A program made the translations under genes and the position numbers. A stretch of 38,002 nucleotides of DNA. Origin: a virus (lineage: Duplodnaviria; Caudoviricetes). Of this stretch, positions 9,201 to 16,926 are shown piece after piece. The stretch is from the IMG/VR virus record IMGVR_UViG_3300046804_001154, positions 1 through 38,002 of that record. The stretch is one strand, 5' to 3'. Position 1 is the first letter of the stretch; each line of letters opens with the position of its first letter. The notes under the pieces are model-generated. The model saw only the letters and a program-made list of their open reading frames with translations. It was not told the origin of the DNA and ran no database searches.

Positions 9201-9208
9201 TATTTATG
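9201..9208 (-). promoter_or_regulatory. T4-type late promoter motif CATAAATA upstream of gp32
   Basis: One mismatch to TATAAATA; intergenic. Confidence 0.6.
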
Positions 9209-9256
9209 CCGTCAAGAAAAAAACTATTATTTTTGTGGCAATTTCGCCAGACTGTT

Positions 9257-10816
9257 TTATCTGTTCACTCGTTTAACGAAATCCATGAATTCTAGAACAT
9301 CGTCTTCGGTCACTGAATCATCAGTCTTATTGTCACCATACTTGTGCTCAGGATCGTTCAGTTCATCGTCCTCCACATCAGTCATCAGATCTGCTGGAGC
9401 ATCATAACGGTCGATGGACTCTTGTGGTGCGGCTGGAGCCGTGGCTGGTGGTGTTGTTGGGGTCACCGCAGGCTGACTGGCTGGCGCTGGTGCCGCCGCA
9501 GGCTGTGGTGGAGTGAGCTTGCTATAAAGTTCAGGATGGCGGTCTTCTATCCAATTGAATATTAGATCATTTGCAGGCTGTTCATGGCCTTGTGGCTCGG
9601 ATGCTCGCTGCGCTAGAAGATCATCCAGGTCTGAATCAGACAAGAATGGTTCTAGTGCGTTAATAGCGTCAGTGCCGTCTACTCCCAGTTCTAAAGGCTT
9701 CTGTAGTAGATCATTTAGTTGTTTTATATCTTCGTCTGTGCGAGGGATCGCATAGGTGCCTTCGGATATCCCATCCATAAAACTCTCAAACTCTAGAGAC
9801 TCAGGTGTGGCAATACTGTTCTGACGTTCGTTATAGACTCTGGCCACAATAGGCAGGGCCGCATCTAGACGATCGTCATAAATCTTACGCACAAACTTTT
9901 CTTTGAAACTTTCTAAATCGACTTCATCAGTCAGCACTGTTGCGCTGGGCTGGAATGTTTCTGCAAATTTTTTGTAACCGCGGCCACCTGCTAGTGAGCT
10001 CAAGTTACTGTGAATTTGACCATAGTAATCAATGGCTGCTTCCACCATCTGTGTGGTAGCACCATCTTCAAATGTTCTGCCGCGCATGTTACGAACAAAG
10101 CCGCGCAGGCTGCCCATCTCGTTAACCATTCTGACAATGTGTTCGCCTAGGGCATCGCCACGATCACCGCCGTGTTGCAAGTGTTGTGCCATGGCACGAG
10201 CACCCACTAGACTCTTGAATGGCATTAGCAATCGCTCGCCCAGTTCAGTTTCCACAAAGATGCTTTCGATGTTGCGACTGCGAGCACCACGTACTTCAGG
10301 ATTGATTGCACTTTCGTGGCGCACGATGATGCGAGCCTTCTTCATCTCCTGATAACTGCGGCGGCGTGTGCCGTGCATGCCTTCCATCACTGCTGACTCT
10401 TTAACATCGCTCATTTTAACTTCAGCACTGTCATACGCTGTGTCAGACTTGCTTAGGTGACGCACGTCTTGTAAGTCTAGACCCGACTTGTTGATGTCAC
10501 GAACATCAAAGCTCATCATGCGGCTACGTGCAAATTTACGCAAGTCTCTTAGGAAATTGTACCAGCCCTTCTTTTGTTCATCATGCAACTCATCACTCAT
10601 GTCACGACTGAAGTACACTTTAAGCGAGTTCTGGTCTGCTAGACTGATAGTAACTGCGCCCAGCTTCTGATCTTCGTGTGCGTAGGTAAAGTTAAAGAAA
10701 CGAGCTTGCTCAGGATCTTGTGTTGCTTTGGCTTTTTCGTCGCCCAAGCTGAGATCATCAAAGCCTGTGCGAATCTTGTCAAAAAGTGCCTGTGCGATAT
10801 TGTCAACGTTAGTCAT
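9257..10816 (-). CDS. hypothetical phage protein (519 aa), probably late/virion-associated
   Basis: Long ORF with SD GAGG, AATAAATA upstream, Pro/Ala linker and acidic tail. Confidence 0.75.
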   Translation of the reverse strand: MTNVDNIAQALFDKIRTGFDDLSLGDEKAKATQDPEQARFFNFTYAHEDQKLGAVTISLADQNSLKVYFSRDMSDELHDEQKKGWYNFLRDLRKFARSRMMSFDVRDINKSGLDLQDVRHLSKSDTAYDSAEVKMSDVKESAVMEGMHGTRRRSYQEMKKARIIVRHESAINPEVRGARSRNIESIFVETELGERLLMPFKSLVGARAMAQHLQHGGDRGDALGEHIVRMVNEMGSLRGFVRNMRGRTFEDGATTQMVEAAIDYYGQIHSNLSSLAGGRGYKKFAETFQPSATVLTDEVDLESFKEKFVRKIYDDRLDAALPIVARVYNERQNSIATPESLEFESFMDGISEGTYAIPRTDEDIKQLNDLLQKPLELGVDGTDAINALEPFLSDSDLDDLLAQRASEPQGHEQPANDLIFNWIEDRHPELYSKLTPPQPAAAPAPASQPAVTPTTPPATAPAAPQESIDRYDAPADLMTDVEDDELNDPEHKYGDNKTDDSVTEDDVLEFMDFVKRVNR

Positions 10817-10835
10817 GGGTTAAACCTCTATGTTA

Positions 10836-10843
10836 TATTTATT
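10836..10843 (-). promoter_or_regulatory. late promoter motif AATAAATA
   Basis: Overlaps the terminase stop, about 20 bp upstream of the next ATG. Confidence 0.6.
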
Positions 10844-12413
10844 AAAAAACGATAACCGGTAGCGGTTCAATAAAGTTGTCCAAGTTGTCTCGCATGGTGG
10901 AATCGATGTCTGCGTCCCAGTTCTGTAGTGTTTGCGCCATTCGAACTGCCACCAGCATACTGGTAACCAGGTCATCAGTCTCGCCAGGCTTGGCAGCAAA
11001 TCCAGCAGCCTGCGCCACGAAGCCTTTCAGCTCAGTGATCAGGTTTTTACTAGCAATCTTCATCTTCTTGGTTTCAATCAGACTCTTGAGCTTGGCGCAA
11101 GCAGCCAGTTTGGTTTTGTTGCTGGTGTTGAAACCCTTTCTGTAGGTTCTACCACCACCCATGCCCACCTTTTTAGGTTCGCTTAGGAAGATGCCCTTGA
11201 TGTTTTCTTCACCAATCTCACGGATGCTGACTAGTGCGGCTTCACCCAATGTGTTGTTTTCCACGCTGTAGTATACACACGTCTGATCATGTATGATATC
11301 TGTGATATATTTGGTGATTTCGCTCATGATTCGCACTTGGCCTTGCACATCCGTCTTGTTATGTTGCCATTCTGCCACCTGCATCATGGTAGGCAGCTCT
11401 AGCACCTGAATGGCTGCGGGATCACCACCAGTACCCAGACTGGGGTCTAGTGCGACCACATACTTGCGACCCATCTCAGGTCGTTTGTACCAGCGTATCT
11501 GTCCCTGACGGAATGTGGGATCAATGCCAGCCATTTCACTTAATAAGATAGGATTGATCAGGGTCTCGTCGAAAATAATGAACTCACAGTCCATTTCTCG
11601 ACGGAAACGTTCCTCACCAATCTGTGCTCGCTGTGCATCAGCCCACTTGTCGTCTCTGTCAGGGTGCTCACGCCAGTAGCTTCTGAAGCCTTTGAATCCG
11701 TTTACACCCAGTTCGGTCTCGTTGCCAAACTCGTCGATACATTTTTGTGACCCTTTCCAGATCTGAGCAAACTGGTCTTCGTCACTGTTGGGGGTGCTTG
11801 TGATAATACACTTACCACCAGTACTTAGTGTGGGCTGGATAGCAGTCCAGAATTCGGTAGCGATTGTGGGGCGGACGAAGGCAAATTCGTCCAAGTATAA
11901 CAGTGAAATAGACATACCGCGACCGGTATTTTCTGTAGTAGTTTGTGCTACAATACGACTGCCATTTTCAAAACTAATGCTGCCTTTGTTGTAGTCCACA
12001 ACACCGGCACGAATGTGGTTGGGACACGCTTCGTAAGCATATCGTATACGTTGCATGATCTCCTGTGCGCCCAGATATTTGTGTGCGGCAATCAGAATGG
12101 TGGAATCTGGTACGAACATGGCCTGCCACAATAAATACCCAGCAGCCGAAGTACTTTTACCGGTCTGTCTTGGCATGAGGCTGATACTGAACCTGTAATT
12201 GTGGTAGGTGTGAATAAGCCTTGACTGATATTCAAAAGGATTGTATAATAACTGACCCTTCATAGGATGCTGAATGTAGAAATAATTCGACATGAAGTAT
12301 TCGGGGCCAGTTTTTGGATCCGCACACTTAGCTATTTCTAATATCTCTTGTGTTGACCAATTCTGCGACTTGTGGGCAGGCTTGATTAGAACACCATCTA
12401 AACTTTTGCTCAT
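10842..12413 (-). CDS. gp17: terminase large subunit (T4 gp17-like)
   Basis: YQ adenine-binding motif, PRQTGKST Walker A, LLYLDEFAF Walker B, ITSTPN, nuclease ALDPS.G.GGD, VENN, DDLV. Confidence 0.96.
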   Translation of the reverse strand: MSKSLDGVLIKPAHKSQNWSTQEILEIAKCADPKTGPEYFMSNYFYIQHPMKGQLLYNPFEYQSRLIHTYHNYRFSISLMPRQTGKSTSAAGYLLWQAMFVPDSTILIAAHKYLGAQEIMQRIRYAYEACPNHIRAGVVDYNKGSISFENGSRIVAQTTTENTGRGMSISLLYLDEFAFVRPTIATEFWTAIQPTLSTGGKCIITSTPNSDEDQFAQIWKGSQKCIDEFGNETELGVNGFKGFRSYWREHPDRDDKWADAQRAQIGEERFRREMDCEFIIFDETLINPILLSEMAGIDPTFRQGQIRWYKRPEMGRKYVVALDPSLGTGGDPAAIQVLELPTMMQVAEWQHNKTDVQGQVRIMSEITKYITDIIHDQTCVYYSVENNTLGEAALVSIREIGEENIKGIFLSEPKKVGMGGGRTYRKGFNTSNKTKLAACAKLKSLIETKKMKIASKNLITELKGFVAQAAGFAAKPGETDDLVTSMLVAVRMAQTLQNWDADIDSTMRDNLDNFIEPLPVIVF

Positions 12414-12439
12414 TTTTTTAAAACATCCTTGTATGTAAT

Positions 12440-12447
12440 TACTTATA
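12440..12447 (-). promoter_or_regulatory. late promoter variant TATAAGTA upstream of terminase
   Basis: One mismatch to TATAAATA, followed by SD AAGGA. Confidence 0.5.
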
Positions 12448-12980
12448 TGTCTGATACACTATTGCTCAATATAGACCACACGCCCATCAGCCTGTTGCCT
12501 CTGAGCGTTATCGACTGGCAACATGCTATTAAGCTGATGTGGTTGGACAAAATTGTCGTTCTGGAAACTTACGACAACTGGACCGTGCGTTCCGAAAAGC
12601 TGGCGATTGAAGTGCCCGCTGTTTGTATCACGAAAGAGTATTTTCACTATAACAAGGTTATCAAGCTGAGTCGTCACAACCTCTACCTTCGTGACCTTTA
12701 CCAGTGTCAATACTGTGCTGATACATTCGACACCGCTGACCTTACTGTGGACCATGTGGTTCCCCGCGCCAGCGGTGGAAAGACCACTTGGGAAAACGTG
12801 GTCACGGCCTGTCGCCCATGTAACAGTAAAAAGGCTGACAAGTTTGGTAAGCCGTTGCGTAAGCCTGTTCGTCCAGAGTATTACAGCCTGGCGAAGAAGT
12901 TGCAGACAACTCATTTCAAACCACGTCATCCCAGCTGGGAAAAGTACTTGAGTTTCTATCAGGCTAAACAAGCCAGATAG
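12447..12980 (+). CDS. HNH endonuclease (McrA/HNH_5-like)
   Basis: RDLYQCQYC...LTVDHVVPRASGG.TTWENVVTACRPCN.KK; likely start MSDTLLLN at 12447. Confidence 0.9.
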   Translation: MSDTLLLNIDHTPISLLPLSVIDWQHAIKLMWLDKIVVLETYDNWTVRSEKLAIEVPAVCITKEYFHYNKVIKLSRHNLYLRDLYQCQYCADTFDTADLTVDHVVPRASGGKTTWENVVTACRPCNSKKADKFGKPLRKPVRPEYYSLAKKLQTTHFKPRHPSWEKYLSFYQAKQAR

Positions 12981-12981
12981 A

Positions 12982-13308
12982 TCACTGACCCTTGACTGGC
13001 TTTTCGCCAGTGAGATACGGTTTGCTAAACCACAGTTGGAACCAGGCATCCGTGCCTGGTTTAATGTTGTGTTCTTTTTCCATCGCTCGTTTCTCTTGGG
13101 CTGTGTAACTGGGGTTACTGCCCAAGGGACTCATCACGCCTGTGCCAGTATCACTGTTGGGCACATTGCCTTCGGTTAATCCAGGCAATGTGGGTATGCC
13201 TGCGAGCTTTTTAATTTCTGCTAGATCCGATGGATCCATGTGTGCATCTGGGTCGCCAGATTCGCCTTGAGGTACAAAATGTTCACTGGTAATACGGTAC
13301 TGCTTCAT
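12982..13308 (-). CDS. hypothetical protein (108 aa), possible internal head protein
   Basis: MKQYRITSE N-terminus, IKKLAGI, NIKPGTDAWFQLWF; coupled to the upstream gene. Confidence 0.7.
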   Translation of the reverse strand: MKQYRITSEHFVPQGESGDPDAHMDPSDLAEIKKLAGIPTLPGLTEGNVPNSDTGTGVMSPLGSNPSYTAQEKRAMEKEHNIKPGTDAWFQLWFSKPYLTGEKPVKGQ

Positions 13309-13676
13309 TAAACACCGTATTGATTTTTCTTACGACCAGGTACTGGGCTGGTCTTGTTAACTGAGTCATGCTCTTTACTGCCACGACTGGTCAGTTGTTT
13401 GCTGGTATATCCCAGCTTTTTGTGTGCCGCATTGATGATAGCTTCATCATGATCAGTGTAACAGATTGTGACCATGTCATCATGCGCTGGACCATCCCTA
13501 GTCATACCGTCCAGGTTGTCCGTGGCACCAGCCATGGCAACACCCAAACGATATTTGTGATAGGGATTGTTTGGACCAGTATCAGTGTTGGGCACGCCTG
13601 AACGTCTAGCACCAGGGATCGCATCTTTGTGATCCTGTTTTAGGTCCATCTGTTCCATAATTTCACGGAATCTCAT
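13308..13676 (-). CDS. hypothetical protein, paralogue A (possible internal head protein)
   Basis: MRFREIME...YRLGVAMAGA...KKNQYGV. Confidence 0.75.
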   Translation of the reverse strand: MRFREIMEQMDLKQDHKDAIPGARRSGVPNTDTGPNNPYHKYRLGVAMAGATDNLDGMTRDGPAHDDMVTICYTDHDEAIINAAHKKLGYTSKQLTSRGSKEHDSVNKTSPVPGRKKNQYGV

Positions 13677-14042
13677 TTAAACTCCGTACTTGTTTTTCTT
13701 ACGTGCAGGCGTTGGGCTGGCTTTATTAGTGCCTGGTGCTTCCAGACTCTTTTTACCTGACCACTTGTTGGGTGATCCGGCACCCACTTGCTTGGCAGCA
13801 TAATTGATCATGTCCATTTCTTCTGGAGTGTAGGTGGTCAACAAAGGATCACCACCAATCCAGGGCTCAGCGGCCATGGGGAAATTTGGTGCGCCAGCTA
13901 GAGCGATACCGAATCGATAGTTCATGTATGCACTACCAGTACTGCTGTTCATTGTGGGGAATGTACTGGCATTCTGCAATGCAGCCTGGTGGGTAGGGTC
14001 AATTTTCTGAACGTCTTCAGTAACGAATTCTCTAGCTCGCAT
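13677..14042 (-). CDS. hypothetical protein, paralogue B (possible internal head protein)
   Basis: Start corrected to MRAREFVTE at 14042; YRFGIALAGA...KKNKYGV. Confidence 0.75.
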   Translation of the reverse strand: MRAREFVTEDVQKIDPTHQAALQNASTFPTMNSSTGSAYMNYRFGIALAGAPNFPMAAEPWIGGDPLLTTYTPEEMDMINYAAKQVGAGSPNKWSGKKSLEAPGTNKASPTPARKKNKYGV

Positions 14043-14046
14043 GTTA

Positions 14047-15024
14047 TTATACCTTACGCTTGATGCCTTCGTACTGTTGCCACAGACGTGACTCAGCTTC
14101 AGACATGGCCATGGGATTGTCACCACCCTTGTAGTTGTGCTTGTACATCTGCTTGGGTTTGTTTAGATCTCCACCTTGGTTGTTAATAGTGTTGGTATCA
14201 GTGTATTCAGGTGCTGGAGAATTGGCCATAGGCTCTTGTGCTTCTTCCATGTCGCCTTCTTCCTGGTCCATTGGAACCACTGTCACGCTATGGTGTTCAG
14301 CTTCTTCGTGGCCAGGTTGACCTTCACCAGCTGGTCCGCCAATGCCTGCCATCTTTAGCATTTGCATTAGTTCTTCAGCCGCTTCACCGTCAGCAGTGAT
14401 GGTAACACTCTTGGTACCGCGACGTGTGTCGTGGCTGGTGCTGATGTTCATACCACCTTCTTGTTCTTCTTGGCCACCCATCATGCTACCGCCTAGTGGA
14501 CTTTCATTACCACCCCAGCACTCATCAACTTTCTCTTTGTCTTTGATTGCTTTTTTCATGGGCTCTTTTTTGTCGCCATCTTTGTCCATGTCTAGGAAGT
14601 CAGGCTTGGCTTCATCTAGACCAGCAGCTTTGCGATGTGAACCGTGAACTTCATCCTTTTCAGACTCAATCTCACCGTCACCATCATAATCTTTTTTAGC
14701 TTTCTTTTCAGATTCACGAACTGATTGTCCGCTTAGACGACGCATTTCTGCGATCAGGTCTTCTTCAGCAACCACTTCGATGACTTCTTCACCTTCTTTA
14801 ATTTCAGGTGCATCGTCAACTACACGAGCGCTAACAGCCTTAAATTTAGGATTGTTAGTAGCATTGCGCTTGGCTTGTTCTTCACTGCTAGCTTTAACAC
14901 GGACATTCTTGGTCGTGCCGTCAGCACCTTCCAGTTTCACAGAATACAGTTGTTGTGCTTCAGTTACTACTGACTCTCTGCCTTCCAATGCGGCAAAAAT
15001 GTCTAAAATTTTATACATACTCAT
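14047..15024 (-). CDS. acidic low-complexity protein with DxDxDG loops; probable prohead core/internal protein
   Basis: DYDGDGEIE, DMDKDGDKKE, MRRLSG and LKMAGI motifs, many hydrophobic-x-E sites. Confidence 0.65.
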   Translation of the reverse strand: MSMYKILDIFAALEGRESVVTEAQQLYSVKLEGADGTTKNVRVKASSEEQAKRNATNNPKFKAVSARVVDDAPEIKEGEEVIEVVAEEDLIAEMRRLSGQSVRESEKKAKKDYDGDGEIESEKDEVHGSHRKAAGLDEAKPDFLDMDKDGDKKEPMKKAIKDKEKVDECWGGNESPLGGSMMGGQEEQEGGMNISTSHDTRRGTKSVTITADGEAAEELMQMLKMAGIGGPAGEGQPGHEEAEHHSVTVVPMDQEEGDMEEAQEPMANSPAPEYTDTNTINNQGGDLNKPKQMYKHNYKGGDNPMAMSEAESRLWQQYEGIKRKV

Positions 15025-15596
15025 TTGGCTTTTCCTTTAGGGGGTAATTTGGTTTTGTTTGTACCTAGGGTACTGGTATTGCCTTGAGGTAAGTCGTTGG
15101 TCGTTTTGCCTGTTGCATCACTCTTGGCTGCGAATTCGTATTTGATTGATTCTAGATCTTTAAGCATTTCCAACTGGCTATCTGTACGAGCAGACTTGGC
15201 GTCCACATCCTCCAGATCCTGTGTTAGTAAGCTCTTGCCAGTCTTTTCCAAGTTGACTGGGATCGAGTTGCTGTCCATAATTGCTGTGCGAACGATAAAG
15301 TTAGCACGGTCAATTCCAGCACGCTCGTGGATTAGGGTGGCCAGTTGCTCAGTGGTGCATGGGTATGACATCACAGCATCTAGCACATAAACTTCAATTG
15401 GGCCATGCTCTGGAAAATCCACTGGGTAGTCCTGCATGGGCAACTTGGTTGCTTTGGACAGTTTGTCTACACCGTAGGCTTCAATAGCATTCTGAATGCC
15501 TTCAAGCACTTCCTTGGTGGGTTCCATAGCCAAGCGAATTTTAAAAGGCCAGCTTTTTTCGCTTTCTAATAGATATTTGGTGAACGATTTCTTCAT
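15021..15596 (-). CDS. hypothetical late protein (191 aa)
   Basis: MKKSFTKYLLES N-terminus; GATAAATA and an AGG SD upstream. Confidence 0.7.
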   Translation of the reverse strand: MKKSFTKYLLESEKSWPFKIRLAMEPTKEVLEGIQNAIEAYGVDKLSKATKLPMQDYPVDFPEHGPIEVYVLDAVMSYPCTTEQLATLIHERAGIDRANFIVRTAIMDSNSIPVNLEKTGKSLLTQDLEDVDAKSARTDSQLEMLKDLESIKYEFAAKSDATGKTTNDLPQGNTSTLGTNKTKLPPKGKAK

Positions 15597-15614
15597 GATA
15601 GGTACCTGTATGTT

Positions 15615-16115
15615 TTATTTATCAGAGTTTGTTTTATTTTGTTCCAGAATCTGCTTGAGCAGATCCTCACGTTTCAGCACGATTCCATCGCCATCAATGG
15701 GTGATTCACCAGATGCTTTGTTAGCGGCTGCTTCAGCCTGCTGATCCAGACGCATCTTTTTCAGTTGCAAATCCACCATTCTCAGCTTCTTGTCCAGTTT
15801 GGCCTGCTTGGCAGTCACAGCATGTCCCAGTAACTGACTGGCAGTCTGGAAGATCACGCCGCTGAATCTGGGCTCTACATTCATACCCAGATCCATGAGA
15901 TCTTGAAACTTGTCTTTGGCTAGCGTGGCCAACTCGTCCAGCTCGTTATCAGCTTCCACATCCAGGTCAGTTATACCAGGCAGTGCTCGGTCAATTTTGT
16001 CTGCCGCATTGCTGGCAGCTTCAATTATCTCTCGGTTGTCAGCAATAATTGATATCGTTTGTGCGTTTTCTTCCGTGTCAGGAAGTTGAAACAATTCCTC
16101 TAGCTTTTTTGTCAT
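15615..16115 (-). CDS. putative terminase small subunit (gp16-like)
   Basis: 166 aa; two long helices joined by NVEPR, KKL..V.LQ.KK and a short C-terminal helix resembling gp16; context near gp4 and gp17. Confidence 0.5.
   Translation of the reverse strand: MTKKLEELFQLPDTEENAQTISIIADNREIIEAASNAADKIDRALPGITDLDVEADNELDELATLAKDKFQDLMDLGMNVEPRFSGVIFQTASQLLGHAVTAKQAKLDKKLRMVDLQLKKMRLDQQAEAAANKASGESPIDGDGIVLKREDLLKQILEQNKTNSDK
15616..15623 (-). promoter_or_regulatory. late promoter motif GATAAATA
   Basis: Overlaps the upstream stop, about 20 bp before the ATG at 15596. Confidence 0.55.
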
Positions 16116-16126
16116 TGATCATAATC

Positions 16127-16564
16127 CTATTTTTTGCGCCCAGTGTTTACAAAAATGTCTTTTTCGGTAATCACTCTGAATTTCAGGCCCTGTGCTTTGC
16201 ACCAGGCATTGGCCGCTTGCCACTTAGCCATATTTACGGCTACCATGGACTTGTCTCGAATACTTCGAGCTGACTCGAAACTGGTTTCTTTTGTGGGTTT
16301 GATTTCCACAACCTCAGCGTGTTGGCGGTTGTTCTTGTCGTTATAGACAATTAGGAAATCAGGCACGTAAATGGTCTTTTTACCAGTTAGTGGATTGACG
16401 TAGGGAATTCTGATGGCCTCGCTGGCCCATTGTGCTACTGCTGGATTGTTGTCGCAAAACTGGCAAAACACCAGTTCCCAACTGCTTCGATATGTAGGAA
16501 AGTTTGCCCCTATGTACTTGGCGAGGTTTTTGACTTGATATTGACCTCTTGCATATACACTCAT
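16127..16564 (-). CDS. gp4: head completion protein gp4 / TnsA-like endonuclease
   Basis: KYIG...TYRSSWE, WASE...IPY..P, YVPDF, EIKP, N.AKW.AA...C, F.VITE. Confidence 0.9.
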   Translation of the reverse strand: MSVYARGQYQVKNLAKYIGANFPTYRSSWELVFCQFCDNNPAVAQWASEAIRIPYVNPLTGKKTIYVPDFLIVYNDKNNRQHAEVVEIKPTKETSFESARSIRDKSMVAVNMAKWQAANAWCKAQGLKFRVITEKDIFVNTGRKK

Positions 16565-16926
16565 GGCTTCACAGTACGTGCTACAAATTTGTTAGTGGTT
16601 GGCTGATTGGTTACACCCAGCATACTGGTAGGCACACGGGTGGAATTCAATATAAGAGCTAGATAGGTGTCCACTTCAAAATCCTGATAGCGATTTAAAC
16701 TGTCTAATATTTCGTTAATGTTTAGGTTTTGAATTTTGGCAGTGTTAATTAATGCCGTTGCCATCACTCGTGCAGTGCTGGCGTCACCGTTGTTGCGTTG
16801 TTCAAAGAAGCCCACCACCGCATCCCAGGTGCCCTGGTTAACAATGCCTTTGGGTATGGTGGCATTATCAAAATAATCTGACGTCTTGTTCTTGACGGTC
16901 ATGGGTAAGTTTGTTGGTGCTACCAT
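16561..16926 (-). CDS. hypothetical protein (121 aa)
   Basis: Coupled to both neighbours within the tail/head operon. Confidence 0.7.
   Translation of the reverse strand: MVAPTNLPMTVKNKTSDYFDNATIPKGIVNQGTWDAVVGFFEQRNNGDASTARVMATALINTAKIQNLNINEILDSLNRYQDFEVDTYLALILNSTRVPTSMLGVTNQPTTNKFVARTVKP

Noticed and set aside
10842-12413. Intein or intron in terminase (and in uvsX)
   Set aside because: Both are of normal length with contiguous motifs
16127-16564. Tn7 TnsA transposase / mobile element
   Set aside because: The fold is shared with T4 gp4 head completion protein; no tnsB/tnsC or terminal repeats, and the context is structural
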